Below are positions 50,264 to 59,249 of a DNA stretch of 64,000 nucleotides, one piece after another. Positions within the stretch are counted from its first letter, which is position 1. Each line of letters begins with the position of its first letter. The notes below the pieces were generated by a model that had not been told where the DNA came from, did no database searches, and worked only from the letters and a program-made list of their open reading frames with translations. The position numbers and the translations under genes are program-made. Source of the DNA: an uncultured Clostridia bacterium (GTDB taxonomy: Bacteria > Bacillota > Clostridia > Christensenellales > UBA1242); NCBI GenBank assembly GCA_944381215.1, contig CALWKF010000001.1, forward strand, positions 65,201 through 129,200. The letters are read 5' to 3'.

Positions 50264-53092
50264 ATGCAAAAAGATATAGTAATAAAAGGTGCGCGCGAGA
50301 ACAATCTAAAAGATATAAACCTTACCATTCCGCGCAATAAGTTAATCGTCTTTACTGGGGTAAGCGGTAGCGGAAAATCGACCCTCGCCTTTGATACAAT
50401 TTACGCCGAAGGCCAGCGCAGATACGTCGAGTCGCTTTCTAGTTACGCGCGCCAGTTTTTGGGGCAAATGCAGAAGCCCGATGTAGACAGTATCGACGGA
50501 CTCAGCCCTGCAATTAGTATCGACCAAAAGACCACGAGCAACAACCCGCGCTCAACTGTGGGTACCGTTACCGAAATTTACGACTACTTGCGCCTATTAT
50601 TTGCTCGCGTCGGCATCCCACATTGCCCCAAGTGTGGCAGAGTCGTTGAAAAGCAGAGTATCGACCAAATCGTAGATAAGGTAATTACCGACATCCCCGA
50701 GGGCACCAAAATGATGGTGTTAGCCCCCGTTATTAGAGGGCAGAAGGGGGAACACACCAAGGTCCTCGACAGTATTAGAAAGGGCGGTTTTTCACGTGTC
50801 GACATCGACGGCAGTATTTACACCTTTGACGAGGAAATCAAGCTCGACAAGAACAAAAAACACTCAATTTCGGTAGTTGTGGACCGCATTATTACGAAGC
50901 CCGACATCGAAAAGCGACTTACCGAGAGTATCGAGACCGCAATCAAGACCGCAAACGGCATGGTCGTCGTCATTACTCCCGACAATCAGTACTTATTTAG
51001 TACGCAGTTTGCGTGCCAGCATTGCGGAATCGGGTTCGAGGAAATCACCCCTAGGTTATTTAGTTTTAACAATCCGTTTGGTGCTTGTCCAGAGTGTCAC
51101 GGGCTTGGCTTTACTAGCGAAATTGACCCAGATTTAATTGTAAAGGACAAGAACAAGACCATCCGCGAGGGTGCAATAAATGTGTCAGGGTGGGGCATCG
51201 ACACTAGCCTCTTTTCGCTCAGTTATTTTGAGGCATTGAGTAATAAGTACCATTTCAGCCTCGATGTGCCCTTTAAGGACTTGCCCGAGGAAATAGTAAA
51301 TATTTTAATGTACGGAAATTGTGGTGAAGAACTCGACATTTCGTGGAATACGAAGCGTTTTTCGGGAAATACCCGCGGTTCGTTCGAGGGAATTATAAAT
51401 AATCTCGCCCGCAGATACCGTGAAACAACTAGCGAATATATAAAGGGCGAAATTGCCAAATATATGCGCGATAAACCCTGTAAACTTTGCCACGGCGAGA
51501 GGTTAAAGGATGTTGCGCTCGCCGTAACCATTTTCGATAAAAATATAATCAAACTATGTGATATGAGTATCGATGAATTGGTAAAATTTTTCACTGATAA
51601 CAAATTTACCGAGGCTGAAAATATGATTGCAGGTCCAATTGTCAAGGAAGTTGTGGCTCGCCTCAATTTCTTGCAAGATGTAGGCCTAAATTACTTAACA
51701 CTATCTAGGAGTGCTGGCAGTTTGAGTGGCGGAGAATCCCAGCGAATTAGATTGGCTACTCAAATCGGTAGTGGGCTGACTGGGGTCATTTACATCCTCG
51801 ACGAGCCAAGCATAGGACTACATCAGCGTGATAACGACAAGTTGATTGCGACCTTAAAGCATTTGCGCGATCTCGGGAATACACTAATTGTGGTCGAGCA
51901 TGACGAGGACACTATGCGCGCCGCAGATTATTTGGTAGACATCGGCCCATATGCAGGTAAAAACGGCGGTCGGCTGGTCGCTAGTGGTACCTTGCCCGAA
52001 ATTATCGCTTGCAAGGACTCCGTAACAGGAAAGTACCTCAGCGGTGAATGGAAAATTGAAGTCCCAAAAACTAGGCGAAAGGGCACTGGCAAGGTGCTCA
52101 CTATTCGTGGTGCACGCGAAAACAACCTAAAAAACATAGACGTAGATTTTCCTTTGGGTGTGTTTACCTGCGTAACTGGCGTTAGTGGTAGCGGAAAAAG
52201 TAGTTTGATTACGGACATTTTGTACCCCGCGCTTTCAAATAGGCTGAATGGTAGCACTATGGCAGAGGGTAGGTACGACAAAATCGAAGGTCTCGAGAAT
52301 GTCGACAAGGTTATCGCCATCGACCAAAGCCCGATTGGTAGGACTCCTAGGTCGAACCCCGCAACTTATACGGGCGTGTTTACTCAAATTCGTGAACTCT
52401 ATGCGCAGACCACGGATGCGCAAGAACGCGGATATCTGCCAGGTCGGTTTAGTTTCAACGTGTCTGGCGGACGATGCGAGGCTTGTTGCGGCGATGGTAT
52501 CAAAAAAATCGAAATGTACTTCCTACCCGATATCTATGTGCCATGTGAGGTATGTAAAGGCCGTAGGTATAACCGCGAAACCCTTGAAGTAAAATACAAG
52601 GGCAAGAGTATTTACGATGTCCTCGAGATGACGGTAGAGGAGGCCCTCAAATTTTTCGAAAACCAGAGTCAAATCCGCTCTAAAATTCAAGCACTTTACG
52701 ATGTGGGCCTTGGATACATTAAACTAGGGCAGTCAGCCACAACATTAAGTGGTGGTGAGGCGCAGAGAGTGAAATTGGCAACCGAGTTGTCAAAAAAGAG
52801 TACAGGTAAGACTGTCTACATCCTCGATGAACCCACAACGGGACTACACATCTACGACGTCGACAAGTTAATCAAAATTATGGACAGACTGGTTGAGGCA
52901 GGCAACACCGTAATAGTAATTGAGCACAACCTCGATGTCATTAAAGTAGCCGACTATATAATCGATATCGGCCCCGAAGGCGGTGTAGGTGGTGGACAAG
53001 TAATCGCAAAGGGCACTCCAGAGGAAATCGCCAAGTCAAAGGTAAGTTATACAGGGAAATTCCTAACCAAAATTTTAAAAAAGCCCACTTAA
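50264..53092 (+). CDS. uvrA: excinuclease ABC subunit A
   Basis: GARENNLK...[14 protein letters not shown] occurs twice, with zinc fingers and LSGGE signatures. Confidence 0.97.
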   Translation: MQKDIVIKGARENNLKDINLTIPRNKLIVFTGVSGSGKSTLAFDTIYAEGQRRYVESLSSYARQFLGQMQKPDVDSIDGLSPAISIDQKTTSNNPRSTVGTVTEIYDYLRLLFARVGIPHCPKCGRVVEKQSIDQIVDKVITDIPEGTKMMVLAPVIRGQKGEHTKVLDSIRKGGFSRVDIDGSIYTFDEEIKLDKNKKHSISVVVDRIITKPDIEKRLTESIETAIKTANGMVVVITPDNQYLFSTQFACQHCGIGFEEITPRLFSFNNPFGACPECHGLGFTSEIDPDLIVKDKNKTIREGAINVSGWGIDTSLFSLSYFEALSNKYHFSLDVPFKDLPEEIVNILMYGNCGEELDISWNTKRFSGNTRGSFEGIINNLARRYRETTSEYIKGEIAKYMRDKPCKLCHGERLKDVALAVTIFDKNIIKLCDMSIDELVKFFTDNKFTEAENMIAGPIVKEVVARLNFLQDVGLNYLTLSRSAGSLSGGESQRIRLATQIGSGLTGVIYILDEPSIGLHQRDNDKLIATLKHLRDLGNTLIVVEHDEDTMRAADYLVDIGPYAGKNGGRLVASGTLPEIIACKDSVTGKYLSGEWKIEVPKTRRKGTGKVLTIRGARENNLKNIDVDFPLGVFTCVTGVSGSGKSSLITDILYPALSNRLNGSTMAEGRYDKIEGLENVDKVIAIDQSPIGRTPRSNPATYTGVFTQIRELYAQTTDAQERGYLPGRFSFNVSGGRCEACCGDGIKKIEMYFLPDIYVPCEVCKGRRYNRETLEVKYKGKSIYDVLEMTVEEALKFFENQSQIRSKIQALYDVGLGYIKLGQSATTLSGGEAQRVKLATELSKKSTGKTVYILDEPTTGLHIYDVDKLIKIMDRLVEAGNTVIVIEHNLDVIKVADYIIDIGPEGGVGGGQVIAKGTPEEIAKSKVSYTGKFLTKILKKPT

Positions 53093-53160
53093 ATTTCTCT
53101 ATAGGCCTTGACTAAATCGCGATTATGTGATAAAGTTATATAGCAAAAGGAGTGAACATT

Positions 53161-53475
53161 ATGGAAGACCAATTTTTAATGAAAAAAGATGAGTACAACT
53201 ACGCAGTGCTTAGTGAAGACATTTTGAGAATCGCTGCTAGTCGCGACAAAGAGATTTTCGACAACGCCGAATTGCAGGCTATGCAGAGCAAGGGCGAAGT
53301 TCGTAGCGAAGGCTACACAATTCAGGGCGACGTAACTTATGAGACATACGATCTAACCGAAATCGGCAAGGTTTTGTTGCATTCGCTCAGCAATGGAAAA
53401 AATCCAAAACCTATGATTAGGAAGAGCCACATTGCCGAAATCAAATCTAAAAAGGAAGCAGAAATCGAAAGATAA
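53161..53475 (+). CDS. hypothetical protein
   Basis: AAGGAG RBS before ATG 53161 and a terminator downstream. 104 aa with no motif recognised. Confidence 0.55.
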   Translation: MEDQFLMKKDEYNYAVLSEDILRIAASRDKEIFDNAELQAMQSKGEVRSEGYTIQGDVTYETYDLTEIGKVLLHSLSNGKNPKPMIRKSHIAEIKSKKEAEIER

Positions 53476-53487
53476 TACTCATTAAAA

Positions 53488-53512
53488 AAATATCCCTACT
53501 TGGGATATTTTT
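53488..53512 (+). terminator. rho-independent terminator
   Basis: aaatatccc / gggatattt 9-bp stem with a 5-nt loop, then a T run. Confidence 0.75.
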
Positions 53513-53633
53513 AATTTTACTTAATCTAATAAGATACATATTTTTTAGCTTTTAAATAATAACTGATTTAATCCTCATTTGCGGGTAAATTTACATCGCC
53601 TTTAATACATTTTTAGCCTTTTAATAACTATAC

Positions 53634-53677
53634 AAAAAGCCCTTATTTAAACTTTTTAGTCTAAATAAGGGTTTTTA
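53634..53677 (-). terminator. terminator of the 53679-56957 gene (bidirectional shape)
   Basis: cccttattta / taaataaggg 10-bp stem flanked by an A run and a T run. Confidence 0.7.
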
Positions 53678-53678
53678 T

Positions 53679-56600
53679 TTATTTACGACGCTTAATTTGA
53701 ACGGTCTTTTCTTTTTTCTCAGTTTCTTTCTTGATTTTTTGATTTATGCGGTCATATTCATCTTCAAGGATTCGAATGTCCAATTCAATTTGCTCAATTT
53801 TGTCTTGCTGAATTTTGATTGATTTAGCAATCTGCTTCTCATCGGGCAACTCTAACTCCACATTAGGATTGTCTTGCGCAATCTCTTTTGCAGTGTTGTA
53901 TGCTTGTACTTTCTTTTCGTACTCGGCTTGTTCTTGTGCCAAGAAGTCTTGCGACTGCTTCAACTCCTCGTGGAGTAGGTCAATCTTGTGCTTAATTGCA
54001 GTCTTGCGCTCACGGCGGTCAACATCTTTAAGCAAGGTCTGCAAGCGGTCGTAGTCGGTGCCCACAACAGTTGCATTCTTTCTCGGGCGGTTTTGGTAGA
54101 ATTTCTTGATGTAGAAGCCAACCACAGCCACAATTACAGCCACCGCGATAATTACGGTAGGGATAGCAAACCAGTCAAATGAGCCATAAACATTTGGAGT
54201 CTCTTCCTCTTCCTCAACGGTGTTAGTAGCCATTAGGATGTTGTCGGGCAAGTTCTCGGTATCAATGGTCGCTGTTTCACTGTTGTAGTCGTCTTCGGAT
54301 AGGTTCGTTACAGTAAGGCCTGCAAAGAACACATAACCAGTCGTAGGCATAGCCTGCGTGCCGAGCCCAAGGCGAATCACACCATCAACGTCGCTCGTGG
54401 TGTTGATGTACATAACGTACTCGGTCCATTCGTTCGTACGGTCATTGAACATATCCTCCAAGGTCGTACGCTCGTTTTTCGCGGTATTAATTCCAGTAAA
54501 ACTGCTGTCAATTCCGTCAATACTAATCGATGCACCATTTACATAAGGGTTACCATTCTCATCGTATTCGCCTTCAACATTTTTAGCAATGTTTATAGTG
54601 CGCACCCAAACACTCAGTTTGTAGTATTGGCCCGAGGTAAAGGTGTAGGTGAGGTTGCTAGTGTAGTAGTAGTACATCGGGTTTGTCGTGTCAGTTGTAG
54701 CGATAAATAGCACCATGTTGTTGTCATCACTAGGAGCGGTAGGGTTGCCCTCAAGGTAGCGGTCGTAGTAGCGCACGTCAATTAGACCACTGTTTACGTA
54801 AATAGGGTCGTAGCCCTCGCCAATGCTCCCAGTCCAGTAGGTAGGCTGGCCATTTGTAACGGCAGTCAGCGAGTTTGTAGTCAGGTCAACCACATAGGTG
54901 TTGTCATCAGCAGTAATGCCGTTAAAGGTTTCCTCGGTGATGCTCGTGTCAATGATACAGTTGTCGAAGAACGCCACACCACTGGTAGGAGTATTCTCAT
55001 CTCCTAGGGTCAAACTTACGGTCAGATCTTGCGCGTCAAAGGTGTTTTTGATGTAAATTTCGTAGCTTTCCCAAGCATTTGTGCTAGGTAGTCTAATTTG
55101 CTGAATGATAACATTGTCAGCATTTCTAACGGTAATCGCTGCGTAGCCATTTGAACTAATACTGCGCGTGTACGCCTCAACGCTAATCAAGGCATATCCG
55201 TCAGCGGTCACGTTCACACTACCACTGGTGTATCCCTGGTAGTAGCGCGCATCGTTACGAACCATCAGCACATTGTCCGAGTAGTCTCCGCTAGGCTTAG
55301 CAGGGCGGGCAATGTTTAGATTGCTCTCGCTCCAAAGTTCGGGTAAAAGGTTTACGACACCGCTGTTGATTACATTGTCGCTAACAGCAGTCCAGTCCTT
55401 AGGTGCCAGCGGATAGGAAACTCCGTCTTCGCCAATTTCCACGAAGTTAAATGTGCCGTTTACAAAGGAAAGGGTCGTGAAGTTGTTTAAGGTTAAAGTT
55501 GCAGTGCTAGAAGCACTCGAAGTAGCATCCTGTTGAGCAGTGGTTACTTTTTCGCTCCTAATTCCAGCAATTGCAACATAGCCTGTTGCATTTGCACTGC
55601 TGGTCCCTAGACCAAGGGTAAGGTTTACGACGCCGTCAAATAACGGGTTACCCTCGATATAAAAGGTGTAGAGTGCCCAGTTGTTGTTAATGGCTAATGC
55701 AGAGGTCGATAGGGTGCTAATGCTCTGGCTCTGCAAGGTCCCCTCAGGGTTGTCCTCGTCAGGCATTACGGTCTGCTCAGGCAGGTATCCCGATACCATA
55801 AAGTTAGCCGACCCTGTTGTCAGGTTCCCCTTAGCCCAGAATGTGATGCGGTAGAGGCCGTGTTGCTTGATTTCAATGTCGCTGGACTTAATAGCGTCAT
55901 AACCGTCGTTTACAGCGATTACAACACCACTGTTATCACCGCGTTGGTTCGTACCGAAAATAATACTCTCATCGTTAACGGTCAAAGGCTTGTTAAAATC
56001 ACTGTTGGTAGCATTTGAGCCGTTTACGTAAATTACAGTACCATTCGAGGATGTCTCATTAGTCCAAGTCCCAGATAGAGGCTTTGAGAAGTCCCCGTTT
56101 TCCACAAAGCCGTCGCCACTAGTTAGGTAAGTGGGGCGAAGGTCAACAAAACTCGAGTATGTGCTAGTGTTTAAAACCTCGTTAAATTTGTCCCCAGAGT
56201 AACGCTTTACCATTACATTGTCAAAGAGTACAAACCCAGCACTGCCACCGATTGTGGACTTTTCGCCAAGGAATAGCTCGAGCCCAACACTCGTGTCGCC
56301 CTCGGAACCGGTCGCAATGTAGAAGGTTACTGTCTGCCAGCCACCTTGAGTGTTAATTCCTGTGATTTGCGATTCATAGGTTTCCTCAACATCCTCGCCA
56401 GTTAAGTACACACTCGCCGAAGCGGTCGGGTCGGTGTACACGCGCACACTGATTTCGTAGAAGCTGTTGCTGGTTAGGGTAACGTCAGTGTCGTTTGCAT
56501 AACCATAGTTGTAACGTACATCACTGCTACCATTGTTACCGCTGTTAATCATTAGGACATATTGGTCAGAGCTTGAAGCCGAACTAGCTGGCGGGCGAGT

Positions 56601-56957
56601 AAATTCTGTCAGGCCATAGTCGCCGTGGTGCGAGTTCCAAGTTGAAAGAGTTAGGTCAATTATACCAGCCTTTTCGGGTTCGATTAGTGTGTTCTCATCC
56701 CAAACTGACCACGATTGAGGAGGCCTCGGGAATGAGGAAGTACTAGACGCATTCGCAAAAGTGTTGTTTGAAAAGTTTGTTACACTGTCATCAATGTTGA
56801 TTGCGTCAGTAGTCAGGTCCGTAACGTCGCTAGCAGAAACAATGCTACGGCTCCCCGCGATTCCAGTAAGAAAGATAGCGTTCTGCATCAACAGAAAACT
56901 AATCACCAAAATCATTGTAAGAATAAATGTGTTAATTGAGAAAGATTTTTTAGTCAT
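53679..56957 (-). CDS. large envelope protein: N-terminal signal anchor, four CBM-like jelly-roll modules, C-terminal TM, cytoplasmic coiled-coil tail
   Basis: Four ~190-aa modules with a recurring pattern (NGDF/NGTF...W...GVVNL/GIIDL...Y.ISV.VYT...W..Y.IYI...GL.L.LG...G...FDN..V). TM AIPTVIIAVAVIVAVVGFYI, then heptad-like K/E/Q-rich ~130 aa. Confidence 0.8.
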   Translation of the reverse strand: MTKKSFSINTFILTMILVISFLLMQNAIFLTGIAGSRSIVSASDVTDLTTDAINIDDSVTNFSNNTFANASSTSSFPRPPQSWSVWDENTLIEPEKAGIIDLTLSTWNSHHGDYGLTEFTRPPASSASSSDQYVLMINSGNNGSSDVRYNYGYANDTDVTLTSNSFYEISVRVYTDPTASASVYLTGEDVEETYESQITGINTQGGWQTVTFYIATGSEGDTSVGLELFLGEKSTIGGSAGFVLFDNVMVKRYSGDKFNEVLNTSTYSSFVDLRPTYLTSGDGFVENGDFSKPLSGTWTNETSSNGTVIYVNGSNATNSDFNKPLTVNDESIIFGTNQRGDNSGVVIAVNDGYDAIKSSDIEIKQHGLYRITFWAKGNLTTGSANFMVSGYLPEQTVMPDEDNPEGTLQSQSISTLSTSALAINNNWALYTFYIEGNPLFDGVVNLTLGLGTSSANATGYVAIAGIRSEKVTTAQQDATSSASSTATLTLNNFTTLSFVNGTFNFVEIGEDGVSYPLAPKDWTAVSDNVINSGVVNLLPELWSESNLNIARPAKPSGDYSDNVLMVRNDARYYQGYTSGSVNVTADGYALISVEAYTRSISSNGYAAITVRNADNVIIQQIRLPSTNAWESYEIYIKNTFDAQDLTVSLTLGDENTPTSGVAFFDNCIIDTSITEETFNGITADDNTYVVDLTTNSLTAVTNGQPTYWTGSIGEGYDPIYVNSGLIDVRYYDRYLEGNPTAPSDDNNMVLFIATTDTTNPMYYYYTSNLTYTFTSGQYYKLSVWVRTINIAKNVEGEYDENGNPYVNGASISIDGIDSSFTGINTAKNERTTLEDMFNDRTNEWTEYVMYINTTSDVDGVIRLGLGTQAMPTTGYVFFAGLTVTNLSEDDYNSETATIDTENLPDNILMATNTVEEEEETPNVYGSFDWFAIPTVIIAVAVIVAVVGFYIKKFYQNRPRKNATVVGTDYDRLQTLLKDVDRRERKTAIKHKIDLLHEELKQSQDFLAQEQAEYEKKVQAYNTAKEIAQDNPNVELELPDEKQIAKSIKIQQDKIEQIELDIRILEDEYDRINQKIKKETEKKEKTVQIKRRK

Positions 56958-57108
56958 AATGTTTACCTTTTAGTTAGAATAATCACGCATATTTCTAGTG
57001 CATAATATACATCCTATTATATATCATTACTAAAATAAAAGCAAGTTTTTACACGCACTTTAAATAGATAAATTTTGCACTTTAACAATAAAATGCGGGG
57101 AAAAGAGG

Positions 57109-57465
57109 ATGACTGTATCAAAAATTAGCGGTTTAGTAGTCGCGGGAATGGTAATTGGAGTCATAAATGGCTTTTTTGGCGGTGGGGGCGGAATGATATG
57201 CGTGCCAGCACTCCTGCTACTCGGCCTAAAAAACAAAGAGGCCCAAGCAACCGCAATTTTGATTATGCTACCCATAAGTATTGCCAGCGCGATTGTTTAT
57301 TATTCAAACGGCTTTGTTGATTGGTGGACCGTGCTGTTTGTCGCAATTGGCTCAATATTCGGCGGAATAGTCGGGGCGTACTTGCTTAAAAAATTATCAA
57401 ACAATGTTTTACAATATATTTTTGCTGTCGTGGTGCTGTCGGCTGGTATTAGAATGCTGTTTTAG
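57109..57465 (+). CDS. TSUP (TauE/SafE) family transporter, half-size subunit 1
   Basis: GFFGGGGGMICVPALLLLG glycine motif. 118 aa, about 4 TM segments. Confidence 0.8.
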   Translation: MTVSKISGLVVAGMVIGVINGFFGGGGGMICVPALLLLGLKNKEAQATAILIMLPISIASAIVYYSNGFVDWWTVLFVAIGSIFGGIVGAYLLKKLSNNVLQYIFAVVVLSAGIRMLF

Positions 57466-57473
57466 GAGGGGTT

Positions 57474-57911
57474 ATGGCGTGGTATTTTTTGGTGCTTGCG
57501 GGCCTGTTTGGCGGGCTCGTCGGCGGAATGGGAATGGGCGGAGGCACATTATTAATTCCAATTCTTACAATGTTTTTAGGGGTCGAGCAACATCTAGCGC
57601 AAGCAATAAACCTGCTCGTTTTCATCCCCACAGGCCTAATAGCCGTTCTCATCCACGCGAAAAATAAATTGCTCGATTTCAAGGTCTTCGGCATTATCAT
57701 CATCCCAGCAATAGCCACAGCCGTGGGTTCTGCATTGCTAGTGGGCGAGATAAAGAGCGACACTTTGCGCATAATTTTCGGCGCATTTTTAATTATTATT
57801 GGCCTGTTTGAATTGTACCAGGCAATAAACACCACAATCAAGAATAAAAGGAAAATAAACACCCCGATTATAAAACACAATCTCTACTCGCGCTTTTCTC
57901 GAGATTTTTAA
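57474..57911 (+). CDS. TSUP (TauE/SafE) family transporter, half-size subunit 2
   Basis: GGMGMGGGTLLIPILTMFLG motif. 145 aa. Starts 8 nt after subunit 1. Confidence 0.8.
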   Translation: MAWYFLVLAGLFGGLVGGMGMGGGTLLIPILTMFLGVEQHLAQAINLLVFIPTGLIAVLIHAKNKLLDFKVFGIIIIPAIATAVGSALLVGEIKSDTLRIIFGAFLIIIGLFELYQAINTTIKNKRKINTPIIKHNLYSRFSRDF

Positions 57912-57973
57912 CGTGGACAAGCAACTTTATTTACTTTATACGCATATACCTATTTATTAAAGGGGGTGCGTAC

Positions 57974-58681
57974 TTGATAATAGAAACTTTTGTCACTTTT
58001 ATGAATAAGATAATGTTGTTCTCATCGTATGTTGACCACGCATCTAGTTTCCCAAAGACCTTGACTCCCGAAGAGGAAAAATACTATATAGACCGAATGC
58101 GCGCAGGAGATACCGAGGCCAAAAACATCCTAGTCTCGCATAATTTAAGGCTGGTGGCTCATATAGTTAAAAAGTACAGCAACAGCTCAAAAGACGCCGA
58201 CGACCTAATCTCAGTCGGCGCAATCGGGCTAATTAAGGCGATAAATAGCTTTTCCCCCGAAAAGGGCGCACAACTGTCGACCTACGCCGCGCGCTGTATC
58301 GAAAACGAAATTCTTATGCTGTTTAGAGCAAACAAAAAACATCAGGGAAATATCTCCTTGGAGGAAACAATAGGCACGGAAAAGGACGGAAACGAAATAA
58401 TGCTCGAGGACGTAATCTGCGACATCGATACCGATATCGTGGAAATGGTCGAGAGCAACATTTTGACAGAAAAACTAATAAATATTATAAAAGGTTCGTT
58501 ATCAAATCGGGAGTACAAGATTCTCTGTATGCGCTACGGCATCGGGGGCGGGGTGGCCTATACCCAGCGCGAAGTTGCGAAAAAACTAGGCATATCTCGT
58601 AGCTACATCAGTAGGCTCGAAAAGAAGGCCATCGAAACGGTCCGCGCCGAGGTGCACGCCAAGAAAATTTACGCAGATTAA
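57974..58681 (+). CDS. sigK: sporulation sigma factor, pro-sigma-K type (uninterrupted)
   Basis: Pro-sequence plus SYVDHASSFPKTLTPEEEKYY...GD.EAKN.LV.HNLRLVAHIVKKY...YAARCIENEILM closely parallels B. subtilis SigK from memory. AAGGGGG RBS, TTG start. Confidence 0.85.
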   Translation: MIIETFVTFMNKIMLFSSYVDHASSFPKTLTPEEEKYYIDRMRAGDTEAKNILVSHNLRLVAHIVKKYSNSSKDADDLISVGAIGLIKAINSFSPEKGAQLSTYAARCIENEILMLFRANKKHQGNISLEETIGTEKDGNEIMLEDVICDIDTDIVEMVESNILTEKLINIIKGSLSNREYKILCMRYGIGGGVAYTQREVAKKLGISRSYISRLEKKAIETVRAEVHAKKIYAD

Positions 58682-58780
58682 AAAAATTAGGCATTTCTAG
58701 GAGTTATATTAGCAGGCTTGAGAATAAGGCCATAGAAATGATTTGCGCCGAAGTGCACGCAAAAAATCTACGCAGATTAA
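58682..58780 (+). repeat. diverged tandem ghost copy of the last ~33 codons of sigK (region 4.2)
   Basis: Aligns to 58580-58681 base for base, with roughly one difference in five and a 1-nt deletion near the end. Starts directly after the sigK stop codon. Confidence 0.85.
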
Positions 58781-58869
58781 AAAAATTGACAAAAATTGTG
58801 CTATAATATTTTACATTTTCTCGCAATTGTTGTACAATACTAATATTAATAATAGAAAGGAGATAGATT

Positions 58870-59208
58870 ATGGCTGAAACAAAAAAGAGTTCTAGCTCAA
58901 AGTCTTCGAGCAGTAGCAGTAGTAGTAGCAGTAAGAAGTCATCAATGTGGGGCTTAAACAAGATTTCGTTCTACACAATCGCCGCAGTTGCAATTTTATA
59001 CTTGATTAGTTTAATCTTGTCTGCTTGTGGCGTTTCATCTGTTGCTGTAATGGCTATGCAGAATATCGGTACTGCTATTATGGTAGGTATCACCGCATAT
59101 CTAGCATGGAAGTATGTTCGCCCTAAACAAACCGTTTGGAAAGTACTATACTTCGTACTGTTGCTCGTAATTCTAGCTGGTATTATCGTGCCTCTAGTAA
59201 TGGGCTAA
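58870..59208 (+). CDS. small membrane protein with poly-Ser N-terminus
   Basis: AAGGAG RBS. KKSSSSKSSSSSSSSSSKKSS is encoded by an AGY/TCN run. Three hydrophobic segments. Strong terminator. Confidence 0.7.
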   Translation: MAETKKSSSSKSSSSSSSSSSKKSSMWGLNKISFYTIAAVAILYLISLILSACGVSSVAVMAMQNIGTAIMVGITAYLAWKYVRPKQTVWKVLYFVLLLVILAGIIVPLVMG

Positions 59209-59216
59209 AAACAAAA

Positions 59217-59243
59217 AACTTGGGATACCCCAAGTTTTTTTGT
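59217..59243 (+). terminator. rho-independent terminator
   Basis: aacttggg / cccaagtt stem with a 4-nt loop, then T7. Confidence 0.8.
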
Positions 59244-59249
59244 TTTTAA

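Noticed and set aside
57974-58681. A skin-like intervening element splitting sigK
   Set aside because: The ORF is continuous from the pro-sequence through region 4.2. Only the tandem 3' ghost (reported as a finding) hints at past rearrangement.
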